From the NCBI GenBank assembly GCA_050012475.1, contig JBEKHC010000012.1, positions 74 through 64,073 of the forward strand: a DNA stretch of 64,000 bases, written 5' to 3'. The notes beneath the pieces were generated by a model. The model was not told where the DNA came from and did no database searches. It saw only the letters and a list, made by a program, of their open reading frames with translations. Positions 26,981 through 36,066 of this stretch are shown here, in pieces (within the stretch, counting starts at the first letter, position 1; every line of letters begins with the position of its first letter). Both the position numbers and the translations under genes were made by a program. This DNA comes from Candidatus Velthaea sp. (GTDB lineage Bacteria; Vulcanimicrobiota; Vulcanimicrobiia; Vulcanimicrobiales; Vulcanimicrobiaceae).

Positions 26981-29737
26981 ATGGAGCCTGCCACCGTCGG
27001 TCCGGCGCAGTCCGTCACCACGCTCTTCATCAGCCGAGCCGGCGCCGATGCCGACATCGCTGCGGCAGCCGCACGTGCGCTGCAATCCGCCGGCTACGGC
27101 GTGATTCTGCAGCAGTGGGATTTCGCCAATCGAAATTTCATCGAGCGCATGCATGAAACGCTCAGCAGCGGCGCGCGCGTCATCGCCCTGCTATCGCCCG
27201 CCTACCTGCGCAGCGATCATTGTCAGGCCGAGTGGATGAATGCGATTGCCGACGACCCGCTCAACCGTAAACGGCGGTTGGTCGTCCTGCGCATCGCCGA
27301 CTGCGAACCGCCGGGGCTGCTCGCCGGGATCGCCTATTGGGATCTCGTACCGGTTCGCGACGACGCGACGCTGTTCGCCCAGGTCGTCTGCGCGGCGGTG
27401 AGCGACGACGGAAGTGATGCGGTCGCGTCCGCCGCCGGCTATCGGTGCGAACCGCGCGCCGCGCCGGCTCCGCGTCCGCCGGTTCAAACCAATTTGCCCG
27501 CCGAACTCAAGAGTTTCGTCGGCCGCGAAACGGAAGTCGCCGAGATCGCCCGGCTGCTCGAAAATGCCCGCCTCGTCACGCTCGTCGGCGTGGGCGGCGT
27601 GGGCAAGACCAGCTGTTCGCTCAAAGCCGGAGCTTCGCTGGCCGCTAGCCGGCCGGACGGGGTCTGGTTCGTCGACCTCGCGCCGATCACCGACGCGACC
27701 CTCGTCGACGCCGAAGTTGCGGCGGTGTTTTCGCTCGTCGAAGCGTCGAATCGCTCGATCCTCGACCGGCTCGTCAAGCATCTGCGACCCAAACACACGT
27801 TGATCTTGCTCGACAATTGCGAGCACGTGCTCGCTGCGTGCTGCCGGCTGGCCGAGGCGGTGTTGCGCGCGTGTCCCGAGGTATCGCTGCTCGCAACGAG
27901 CCGCGAAGCGCTCAAAGTCGACGGCGAACGCGTGTACGCGATGCCGACGCTGGCCGTACCCGAGCGCAATGTGCGCCTCACCGTCGACGCGGCATCGAAA
28001 TACAGCGCGATCGCACTGTTCGTTGCGCGCGCCAGCGGGGCCGATTCCCGTTTCGCCTTGACGGCCGAAAACGTAGCCAGCGTCGCGGAGATCTGCCGCC
28101 GGCTCGACGGCATTCCGCTGGCGCTCGAACTAGCCGCGGCGCGCGTTCGCGTGCTGGCGCCGCGTCAACTCGAGCAGAAGCTCGACGAACGTTTCCGCAT
28201 TCTCACCGGCGGAGCGCGGACCGCGCTGCCGCGTCAGCAAACGATGCGCGCGCTCATCGACTGGAGTTACGATCTGCTCGACGCGCGCGAGCGATCGCTC
28301 TTGAGCAAGCTCTCGATTTTCGCCGGAAGTTTTTCGCTCGAGCCGGTCATCGCCGTTTGCAGCGATGCTGACTACGCCGATTTCGAAGTGCTCGACGGCC
28401 TGACGTCGCTGGTCGACAAATCGCTGGTGGTTGCCGAATCCTCGGACCTCGAAACGCGCTATCACCTGCTCGAGTCAATGCGGCAATATGCGCGCGAGCG
28501 GCTCGACGAGTTCGGGTCACGCGCTCCAACGGAGCGCCGGCACGCGCTCGCGTACACGGAGTTAGCCGAACAGCTCGAGAACGACTATGGGAGCACGCTG
28601 TATCGAACGTGGGTCGCCGGCGCCGAGCGGGAGATCGAGAACATTCGCGCCGCGCTGACGTGGTCGTTCGGGCCGCAGGGCGATGCCGCAGTCGGGCTGC
28701 GGCTCGCCGCAACGCTGCGCCGCATCTTCAACACTTCGCTGCCGGCCGAAGGCCGGCGTTGGATTCAAACGGCACTCGGACGGGTGGACGCCGGCTCAGC
28801 GCGCAACGTCGTGGCCCGGCTGGAGTTGGCCGATGCGCATCTGGCCTCGCGGCTCAACCAGCTGGATGCCGCGCTCGCGGCGGCGCGCCGCGCGCTGACC
28901 TCTTTCGAGGCCGACGGCGATCCGCGCGGCATCGCGAACGCGAAGCGCTGGGCGGGCCGTTCGCTGATCTATTTGGGTCAAGTGAGCGAAGGTGAAGAGC
29001 TGTTGCGCAGCGCGCTCGAGACCTACGAAACGCTCGGCTTCCGGAAAGTCGGCGGCGTCTTGCTCGATCTCGGCTCGGCGCGCTCCGCTTGCAGCGACAT
29101 CGCCGGTGCGCGCGGTTTTTTTGCGCGGGCACTCAACCGCTTCGAGGAAGATCAGGACGAAGGCAACGTCGCGATTGCGGCGGGAACCCTGGCCGAAGCC
29201 GAATTTCATGGCGGCGATGCGCAGGCGGCCGTCGCGCATGCGCAAGATGCGCTTTCCACTGCGCAACACCTTGCGCGCGACATCCTTGCCTGGCTTCAAA
29301 ACAACCTCGCGGCATACGCGATCGCGCTCGATCGATTCGACGAAGCGGGCCGGTACTCGGAACAAGTGCTGCAAAGCAGGCTCGAGATTCAATCGGAATT
29401 TTTGTTCGTCGTCGCATTGCAGCATGCGGCCGCGGTGCTCGCACTCGCACCCCCTGTGGATGCGCCGGGTACCTGCGCCGCGACGTGCCAACTGGGGGCG
29501 CGTTTGATCGGCTACGTCGACGAACGGATGCGCGCGATGGGCGCAAAGCGAGAGTTCACCGAGCAGTCGGATTACGATCGGGCGATGGCGCTCCTGACCG
29601 AGACGTTGGGTACTGCGGCGCTCGGCACGCTCGTGCTCGATGGAGCGAAGCTTTCCGAAGAGCAGGCGGTTGGATTGGCCTTGGCGGCGTCTGTGCGCCG
29701 GCCAAATCACGCTGCGATCGGCCGCGTTTCGACCTGA
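26981..29737 (+). CDS. TIR domain - NB-ARC/COG3903-type STAND ATPase - TPR-like repeat protein
   Basis: The N-terminal TIR_2-like block reads TLFISRAGADAD...VIALLSPAYLRSDHCQAEW. It is followed by FVGRETEV, Walker A LVGVGGVGKTS, Walker B TLILLDNCEH and the GLPL-type motif LDGIPLALELAAAR. About 400 aa of helical TPR-like repeats close the protein. Confidence 0.75.
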   Translation: MEPATVGPAQSVTTLFISRAGADADIAAAAARALQSAGYGVILQQWDFANRNFIERMHETLSSGARVIALLSPAYLRSDHCQAEWMNAIADDPLNRKRRLVVLRIADCEPPGLLAGIAYWDLVPVRDDATLFAQVVCAAVSDDGSDAVASAAGYRCEPRAAPAPRPPVQTNLPAELKSFVGRETEVAEIARLLENARLVTLVGVGGVGKTSCSLKAGASLAASRPDGVWFVDLAPITDATLVDAEVAAVFSLVEASNRSILDRLVKHLRPKHTLILLDNCEHVLAACCRLAEAVLRACPEVSLLATSREALKVDGERVYAMPTLAVPERNVRLTVDAASKYSAIALFVARASGADSRFALTAENVASVAEICRRLDGIPLALELAAARVRVLAPRQLEQKLDERFRILTGGARTALPRQQTMRALIDWSYDLLDARERSLLSKLSIFAGSFSLEPVIAVCSDADYADFEVLDGLTSLVDKSLVVAESSDLETRYHLLESMRQYARERLDEFGSRAPTERRHALAYTELAEQLENDYGSTLYRTWVAGAEREIENIRAALTWSFGPQGDAAVGLRLAATLRRIFNTSLPAEGRRWIQTALGRVDAGSARNVVARLELADAHLASRLNQLDAALAAARRALTSFEADGDPRGIANAKRWAGRSLIYLGQVSEGEELLRSALETYETLGFRKVGGVLLDLGSARSACSDIAGARGFFARALNRFEEDQDEGNVAIAAGTLAEAEFHGGDAQAAVAHAQDALSTAQHLARDILAWLQNNLAAYAIALDRFDEAGRYSEQVLQSRLEIQSEFLFVVALQHAAAVLALAPPVDAPGTCAATCQLGARLIGYVDERMRAMGAKREFTEQSDYDRAMALLTETLGTAALGTLVLDGAKLSEEQAVGLALAASVRRPNHAAIGRVST

Positions 29738-29777
29738 ACCGAAAACGTTTGGGCGAGGAGCGGCGAAGGGTGCGCGT

Positions 29778-31259
29778 ATGTATCTGGGCTTAGACATCGG
29801 CACCACGGCGACCAAAGCCGTGCTGACCGACGAACAGCATACCATCGTTGCGTCGGCAACCGCGACGTACGCGCTCCATCAGCCCGGATCCGGGATCAGC
29901 GAGATCGATCCGGCGTTATGGATCGACGCGATCCGTTCGGTCGTCCACCGGCTTCACACGACTGCACCGAGCCGGCTTGCGGTGGTGCGCGCGATCGGTT
30001 TGTCCGGTCAGATGCACAGTCTGGTGACACTCGATGCAGACGGAAAAGCGATCCGTCCGGCGATCCTCTGGAATGACGAACGCGGCGACCGGGAAGCGCG
30101 CACGTTGAGTCAAACGATGCCCGGCATCGGCGAACTCACCGGCGTGCTGCCGATGGCGAGCTTCACCGCAGCAAAACTGCTCTGGCTGAAGAATACGTGT
30201 CCCGACGACTTCGCGCGCACCGCGCACGTGGTGTGGGTTAAGGATTACATTCGCTTTTGGCTCACCGGTGAGTTCGCGACCGACATGTCTGACGCCGCCG
30301 GAGCGCAGCTGCTCGACGAAAAGAATCGTTGCTGGGCTCAACCCGTCGTCGACACGATCGGCCTCGATGAGCGAACGCTGCCCCGGCTCGTCGAAGGAAC
30401 GCAGCCAACGGGAAAACTGCTCGACCGGGTGGCCGCGGAGTTGGGTCTTCCGCCGGGCACGCCGATCGCGGCCGGCGGCGGCGATGCAGCGACGGGAGCG
30501 CTCGGTTTGGGATGCGTCGACGCCGGCAACTCATTCATCTCGCTGGGCACCGGGGCGGTGTTCGTCGAGATTCAGGACACCTACGTGCCGCGGCCGGAAA
30601 CGTTGCTCCATACGTTTGCCCACTGCATTCCCAAACGCTGGTATCAGATGGCGGCGATGCTCAACGGCGCGAGTTGCCTGGCCTGGGTCGCGCGGCTTTG
30701 CCGCGAGCCCGACCTCGACACGCTCTTGAAGCGGGTCGAGAGCCGCGGCGATCAACCCGGACGCCTCCTGTTCGCACCGTACCTGCGGGGAGAACGCACG
30801 CCGCATAACGACGTTCATGCGCGCGGTGCTTTCGTCGGACTCGATGCCGCGTGCGACGACACCGATCTGACCAAGGCGGTTCTCGAAGGCGTCGCGTTTT
30901 CGCTGCGGCAAGGACAAGATCTGCTCGTTGGCGACGCAAAGCCGTCCAACCCGATCGGCATGATCGGCGGCGGAGCGCGCAGCGTTTACTGGAGCAAGCT
31001 GATTGCAACGGTGCTCGATCGGCCCCTGACGATCTTTCGCAGCGCGGATATGGCCGCGGCCGTCGGAGCCGCAATGCTCGCCAGAATCTCGATCGGCGGC
31101 GCCGATCCGTATGCTGCCCATTCTTGGCCGGTTGCGCGCGTCGTCGAACCCGATCCGCAGCACGTGGCCGCGTATGCCGAACGCTACGCCGCCTTTCTCC
31201 CGCTGTACGCGGCGCTGGCGCCGTTCGCATACCCCCGCCGCTTATCCGAGCATTCCTGA
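29778..31259 (+). CDS. xylB: xylulokinase (FGGY carbohydrate kinase)
   Basis: MYLGLDIGTTATKAVL, GLSGQMHS, ILWNDERG, and the C-terminal FGGY block GGGARS. ATG at 29778, not the ORF-track start at 29640. Confidence 0.8.
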   Translation: MYLGLDIGTTATKAVLTDEQHTIVASATATYALHQPGSGISEIDPALWIDAIRSVVHRLHTTAPSRLAVVRAIGLSGQMHSLVTLDADGKAIRPAILWNDERGDREARTLSQTMPGIGELTGVLPMASFTAAKLLWLKNTCPDDFARTAHVVWVKDYIRFWLTGEFATDMSDAAGAQLLDEKNRCWAQPVVDTIGLDERTLPRLVEGTQPTGKLLDRVAAELGLPPGTPIAAGGGDAATGALGLGCVDAGNSFISLGTGAVFVEIQDTYVPRPETLLHTFAHCIPKRWYQMAAMLNGASCLAWVARLCREPDLDTLLKRVESRGDQPGRLLFAPYLRGERTPHNDVHARGAFVGLDAACDDTDLTKAVLEGVAFSLRQGQDLLVGDAKPSNPIGMIGGGARSVYWSKLIATVLDRPLTIFRSADMAAAVGAAMLARISIGGADPYAAHSWPVARVVEPDPQHVAAYAERYAAFLPLYAALAPFAYPRRLSEHS

Positions 31260-31412
31260 CGGTCGTCCAATCCGTCAAGCCGAGCAAGTCCTTGCGCCAT
31301 TGCGAGCGCGGCTCGCGTTGCGGGCGCCGCAGCCGATAACTGGTGTGGAAGACGAGCCCCGCGTGGCCGTACTTCTTTGCAAGTCACCGCAACGGAAAAG
31401 GAAAGAAGTTTC

Positions 31413-31652
31413 ATGTACGCATGCAACGGGACGATGCTGCTCAATACGTGCGATTATACGCTCGCAGAAATTGCAGCCGGAGCAAAAACAATCGAAGCGG
31501 GCGGAAACAAGTTCGATTTCAACGCCAGCGTGATCGGCGACGGCACGACGCGCGTGCGCATCACCGGCACCACATCCTCGCGCAAACCTCTCAATACCGC
31601 GGTCCATGCCGCGTTTCCCAAGGCCAAGAGCGTTCAGGTCAACTTGAACTGA
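31413..31652 (+). CDS. hypothetical small protein (79 aa), lower-GC codons
   Basis: ATG 31413 is preceded by GGAAAAGGAAAGAAG. The product is MYACNGTMLLNTCDYTLAEIAAGAKTIEAGGNKFDFNASVIGDGTTRVRITGTTSSRKPLNTAVHAAFPKAKSVQVNLN. No family recognised. Confidence 0.4.
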   Translation: MYACNGTMLLNTCDYTLAEIAAGAKTIEAGGNKFDFNASVIGDGTTRVRITGTTSSRKPLNTAVHAAFPKAKSVQVNLN

Positions 31653-31760
31653 ACGCGGCCTTTCCGCTGCCCTCGAGGCCGCCGCGTCGGCCGCCTCACG
31701 CGCGCCTCCGCGACGCTCGCCGGCGGCGGCGATCGGCCGTCGAGCCCGAATCGTAACACC

Positions 31761-31784
31761 CGGCGTGCCGGCTACGGCACGCCG
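31761..31784 (+). terminator. perfect 10-bp GC hairpin downstream of the small ORF (no U-tract)
   Basis: CGGCGTGCCG-GCTA-CGGCACGCCG. It is followed by CGCGGCGTTTCGGG, so it is not a canonical intrinsic terminator. Confidence 0.3.
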
Positions 31785-31819
31785 CGCGGCGTTTCGGGAA
31801 TTTCCGCTTGACGTTCCGA

Positions 31820-31847
31820 TATCAGCGATCGACTATCAGCGATCGAC
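31820..31847. repeat. exact 14-bp tandem direct repeat (TATCAGCGATCGAC x2)
   Basis: Read directly from the sequence. Each unit contains the palindrome CGATCG. It lies just after a TTGACG hexamer (31808-31813), about 200 nt upstream of the PstS/OmpA-like gene. Confidence 0.6.
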
Positions 31848-32052
31848 GCGAGCCTGACGATCGCGCTGACGGTAGAAAAAAATGCGTCGCTTCGGGCGCA
31901 GCGCAAAAATATTGGCAGCCGCAGCGTCTTGCGCGGCGCCGGGCTCGGGCGTCGATCGGCAAGAAAGCGAAGGATCGCGTCGACCCGGGGGAGACATTGA
32001 AAGCAGCACGATCATGCGCGTGATCGGTTCTGCCTGCTGGAGCAATGTTCAA

Positions 32053-33669
32053 ATGCCTACTCCCCCCGCTGGGAAATGTGTCAATTTCGGCCAGTGCCCC
32101 ACCGCCAACAAGCGGCAGTCGATTCCCATCGCTGCAGGCGACCCGAATCCACTCTGTCCCGACTGTAAAGAACCGCTACTGATCAGCGAACCTATCGTCG
32201 ATCGGCGCCGGCCGGCGTTCATCGCGCTGGGGGTCATCGCGCTCCTCGTGCTGCTGGGGCTCGGTTTCGCGATACGGCACCTTTTGGGCAGCGGATCCGC
32301 GCCGAGCGTCGCCGTCGCACCGAGCGCTCCCGCGGCGGCCGCATCGGCGCAAGCCGCCGCCACTGCGCCTGCGGCGGCATCGGCCTCCCCGCCGCTCGCG
32401 AGCGGTGCCGCGCTCACCCTGTGCGGCTCGAATACGATCGGCTCGCAGCTCGGCCCGCAACTCGTCCGCAGCTTCGTGTCACGTGACCTCGGCGGCAACA
32501 ACGTACGGGTCGACCCCGGACCCGGGCCAAACGAGTCGATCGTACGGGGCGATGTCGCGGGGCGACCAGATTTCCACGTCGATATCGCAGCGAACGGTTC
32601 CGCGACCGCGTTCACCGGACTCGCTTCGGGCGCGTGTCAGATCGGTATGGCGTCGCGCCGCGCGAAGCCGGAGGAAGTGCGCTCCCTGCGCGGCCGCGGC
32701 GACTTGACCAGTCCCGCCGCGGAACACGTGCTGGGGCTCGACGGCATCGCCGTTATCGTCAACCCGACCAATCGCGTCAACGGCCTGGGGGTCTTCCAGT
32801 TGCACGGCCTCTTCAGCGGGGCACTCACGAATTGGGCCCAGGTCGGCGGCCCTGCCGGACCCGTCCACATTGACGCCCGCGACGACCGGTCGGGAACCTA
32901 CGACACGTTCTCCGCCCTTGTCTTGAAGGATGCGCACCTCGCGCCGTCGGCGCGGCGTTTCGCCGACAGTGCGAAACTCTCGGACGCCGTCGCGAGCGAC
33001 CCGAACGCGATCGGCTTTATCGGCCTCCCCTATGTCCGGCATGCCAAGGCGCTCAGCGTCGCCTCCGGCACGGCGGGAGCGATTGCGCCCAATGCCTCGA
33101 CGGTCGGGCGCGAAACGTATCCGCTGACGCGCCGGCTCTACCTTTACACCCTGGCCGGGCCGAAAAATCCGCTCGTCGACCGCTTCATCGCCTTTGCCCA
33201 GTCCGATGCCGGGCAGCGCGTCGTCGGCGACGTCGGCTTCGTCGGCACCCTCGCGGCGCCGCCGCTAGGAAGCCACGCCGTCCCCGTGCCCGCCGACGCG
33301 CCGCCGCAGTATGCCAACCTCCTGCGCACGGCGGACCAAGTCGACTTCGACGTCTACTTCATGCTCGACAGCGGTCTGCTGGACAATAAGGCGCGCGCCG
33401 ACATCGGCCGGCTCGTTTCGCTGATGAACACCGACCGCTATCACGGCCGCAAGCTCGCCGTCGCCGGCTTCGCCGACAACACCGGCGATCCGGATTACAG
33501 CCGGGGGCTCTCGCTCAAGCGCGCGCAGGCCGTCGCAGCCGAACTCGCGTCACGCGGTCTGGGCGTCGGGGAGACCTTTGGGTTCGGACAAGCCGATCCG
33601 ATCGGCGACAACGCAACCCACGAAGGCCGCGTGAAAAACCGCCGCGTCGAAATCTTCATCATCCGTTAG
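32053..33669 (+). CDS. zinc ribbon - TM - PstS-like phosphate-binding domain - OmpA-like C-terminal domain fusion
   Basis: ATG 32053 with GGAG 10 nt upstream. The ribbon reads CVNFGQCP...CPDCKEP and the TM reads FIALGVIALLVLLGLGFAI. The PBP block is LTLCGSNTIGSQL...DGIAVIVNP...WAQVGG...RDDRSGTYDTF. The OmpA_C block is AGFADNTGDPDYSRGLSLKRAQAVAAEL....NRRVEIFI. Confidence 0.7.
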   Translation: MPTPPAGKCVNFGQCPTANKRQSIPIAAGDPNPLCPDCKEPLLISEPIVDRRRPAFIALGVIALLVLLGLGFAIRHLLGSGSAPSVAVAPSAPAAAASAQAAATAPAAASASPPLASGAALTLCGSNTIGSQLGPQLVRSFVSRDLGGNNVRVDPGPGPNESIVRGDVAGRPDFHVDIAANGSATAFTGLASGACQIGMASRRAKPEEVRSLRGRGDLTSPAAEHVLGLDGIAVIVNPTNRVNGLGVFQLHGLFSGALTNWAQVGGPAGPVHIDARDDRSGTYDTFSALVLKDAHLAPSARRFADSAKLSDAVASDPNAIGFIGLPYVRHAKALSVASGTAGAIAPNASTVGRETYPLTRRLYLYTLAGPKNPLVDRFIAFAQSDAGQRVVGDVGFVGTLAAPPLGSHAVPVPADAPPQYANLLRTADQVDFDVYFMLDSGLLDNKARADIGRLVSLMNTDRYHGRKLAVAGFADNTGDPDYSRGLSLKRAQAVAAELASRGLGVGETFGFGQADPIGDNATHEGRVKNRRVEIFIIR

Positions 33670-33697
33670 CCGGACGCGGCGATCCGGACCGCGGCGC

Positions 33698-35071
33698 TTA
33701 GCCGAGCACCGCGATTCCGGTTTTCGCCCGCACCGCGGAGAGGAAGGCGGCGTAGCTCCAGGTGAGATCGGACACGCTCTTTTCGTAACCGCTCGTTCCG
33801 TCGAACTGTTCGCTCAACTCGAGATGATCGCTATGGAAGATGATCGCATTGAGGATGGCGTCGCCGGCACTCTGCAAGGACGTTACCGCTTGACTCCACG
33901 CCGTGCTCGCGCTGATTCCGACTTGAGCGAAAAACGGCGCGGACAGCGCGTCGAAGGGCACGGCCTCGTTCGCGCTCACCGTGTTGGCAAGCGTGTAGTA
34001 CAGTTGGGCAAAGTTCGCGCTGCACAGCGCCCAGGGATGTCCGCCTTTGACGGGGGCCTGCGTATCGCCGTCGTACACGTCGCCGGGGTAACGCCCAAAG
34101 AGCGGCCCCAAGCCGCGCGCCTGGTCCGCACCGTTGATTGGATAAAATGAAGCAGACGTGCTGTCCGCCCACTGACTGCGAAGCAGCGCAGCAGTGGCGA
34201 GCAATTTCGTGTCGGTGCACGGAATCGCGCCGTAAATGCACGCCATCACGATATCGATATTGGGGTCGTACGGAAAGTCTTGCCCCGACGTAATCTGCGG
34301 TAACAGGGAAACGTAGTATCCGCCGGTCGCATTCCAGTGACTCGCAAGCGCGTTCTGGAGCCAGGTGACGGCTGCCGCGACGCCTGCGGGTACCGCAATG
34401 CTGAACGCGTTGGCGGTGATCGCTTGAAAACATTGGAGCTGAACGGAGCGGGCAAAGAACGAGTTCCCCTTCTGTTCTTCCCATAGGTTGAAGGTCGGAT
34501 TTTGATAGACGCCGAGCAGATAATTGAGGTTCTTGCCGATAACCGTTTGCGCCGTCGCCTGCGTGGGCGCGTCGAGTTGTGGATAGGCTCGGAGGATCGC
34601 TAAGGTTTGCAGCGCCGGCCCGTCGCTTTGTTCGGTCCAATTCGGTCGCGGTTGACCTTCGATGGTGTACGATGCGAACCCGATGGGTTGGCCGCTGGTT
34701 TGATCGTTGTTCTGCGCGATGTTTGCGAAGTTCACGTAGTCGATGAGCGGCTGACTGCCTTCTCCGGGCCGGGTCGGCAAGTTCGCGGCAGCAATCTCGA
34801 TCGCCGTAACCGCTGCGTCGCGCGTCCAATTGTAGACGTAGTCTTGATCGACGATTCCTAGATCAGCCGCGTATGACGGCGACGCGATGATGCAGCCCGG
34901 CGTCGAAAACAACTGACCGGGCGCCAACGGATCGGTGAAGACGAAACCGTCGCTGGCCATGTTGCGCATCATGAGCGAGAACAGGTCCTGGGCAATCGTC
35001 GGCAGGTCGGATTGCGCGGCCGATGTTTGCACGCTGTTGTAGGTAATGTTCGCAGTCGCCGTTTGTGTCAT
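33698..35071 (-). CDS. glycoside hydrolase family 15 (glucoamylase-like)
   Basis: DYVYNWTRDAAVTAIE, NLWEEQKGNSFFARSVQ and the (alpha/alpha)6 body fit GH15. ATG 35071 with GAGGAA upstream. Confidence 0.75.
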   Translation of the reverse strand: MTQTATANITYNSVQTSAAQSDLPTIAQDLFSLMMRNMASDGFVFTDPLAPGQLFSTPGCIIASPSYAADLGIVDQDYVYNWTRDAAVTAIEIAAANLPTRPGEGSQPLIDYVNFANIAQNNDQTSGQPIGFASYTIEGQPRPNWTEQSDGPALQTLAILRAYPQLDAPTQATAQTVIGKNLNYLLGVYQNPTFNLWEEQKGNSFFARSVQLQCFQAITANAFSIAVPAGVAAAVTWLQNALASHWNATGGYYVSLLPQITSGQDFPYDPNIDIVMACIYGAIPCTDTKLLATAALLRSQWADSTSASFYPINGADQARGLGPLFGRYPGDVYDGDTQAPVKGGHPWALCSANFAQLYYTLANTVSANEAVPFDALSAPFFAQVGISASTAWSQAVTSLQSAGDAILNAIIFHSDHLELSEQFDGTSGYEKSVSDLTWSYAAFLSAVRAKTGIAVLG

Positions 35072-35339
35072 CGGTGTTCCTCGAAGCTGTGTGTCCGGGA
35101 TCGAGTTTCTCGCGCCGGCTCGCACGAGCCGGTCGATACGAACGCGTCGTCGTGCGCCAATGGTAGGGTTTGGTTCGCCCGGGGAGATGCCCCGAACGTC
35201 CCGCGTCCGAGTGATAATCGAAATGATCTCGGCGTCCGCCGGGTTACTCGGCAGTCATCCAGGAGAGCCTGTTTCAGCGCTGCTGTCGGCGCGCCTGGAG
35301 CCGCACGAAACAGGGTGAGCCGCCCGTCGTATATAGCAC

Positions 35340-36020
35340 ATGAACTCGACCGAACCGGCTCCGCCGACTGCCGGCGCACCCGAACAGCCGCGGATCAGCC
35401 GTTTCTCGGGGTTGTACCGGATGCTGGCGCTCGATGTCGTCCTCCCGCTCATCGTCGTGCAGGCGTCGTTGCGAGCCGGCCTCTCGCCGGTGCTCGCGCT
35501 TTCACTTGCAGCGCTGTTTCCGCTCGCCGACGCCATCCTCGGAATCATCGCGGCACGCAGCGTGAACGTCATCGCCGGCGTCTCGCTGTTAGCGATCCTC
35601 ATCGGGATCGGATTGGCGTTTATGACCGGGAATGCGCTCTTCGCGATCCTCAAAGATTCGGTGTTCACTCTCGTCTTCGGCCTGCTGTTCTTGGGTTCGC
35701 TCGGCGCTTCACGACCGCTCGTCTTTCGACTGAACCATCAAATGCTCGAGCCCCCGGGCGCCGCGGCGCTCGACCGCGCCTGGGACGAGCGCGCCGCGGT
35801 GCGGCACACCTTCCGCTTGATGACATGGGTCTGGGGTCTCGGACTCTTGAGCGAAGCGTTGCTGCGCGTGATCGCGGGTTTTGCTTTGCCCGTGGCGCGC
35901 GCGGCCGCCGTGTCGCCGTGGATTTCGTTCGTTTTCGTCGGCGGCTTGATCGCCTGGACCGTTTTGTACGTGCGGTCTCGCCGCAAAGCCGCAGAACGTT
36001 CGGGGATCGTCCTCGATTGA
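35340..36020 (+). CDS. polytopic inner-membrane protein, family uncertain
   Basis: Five to six hydrophobic segments (LALDVVLPLIVVQASL, VLALSLAALFPLADAILGII, and others). No catalytic motif seen. Confidence 0.5.
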   Translation: MNSTEPAPPTAGAPEQPRISRFSGLYRMLALDVVLPLIVVQASLRAGLSPVLALSLAALFPLADAILGIIAARSVNVIAGVSLLAILIGIGLAFMTGNALFAILKDSVFTLVFGLLFLGSLGASRPLVFRLNHQMLEPPGAAALDRAWDERAAVRHTFRLMTWVWGLGLLSEALLRVIAGFALPVARAAAVSPWISFVFVGGLIAWTVLYVRSRRKAAERSGIVLD

Positions 36021-36066
36021 CGCCGAGCGTGCACGAGCGCGCGGCGCCGGCCGCGACCGCGACGCA

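Noticed and set aside
35255-35339. An 8-bp stem (CCTGTTTC...GAAACAGG) upstream of the membrane-protein gene at 35340, considered as a riboswitch candidate.
   Set aside because: I could find no match to any riboswitch consensus I know (the guanidine, fluoride and Mn classes were considered). A single long-loop helix is weak evidence.
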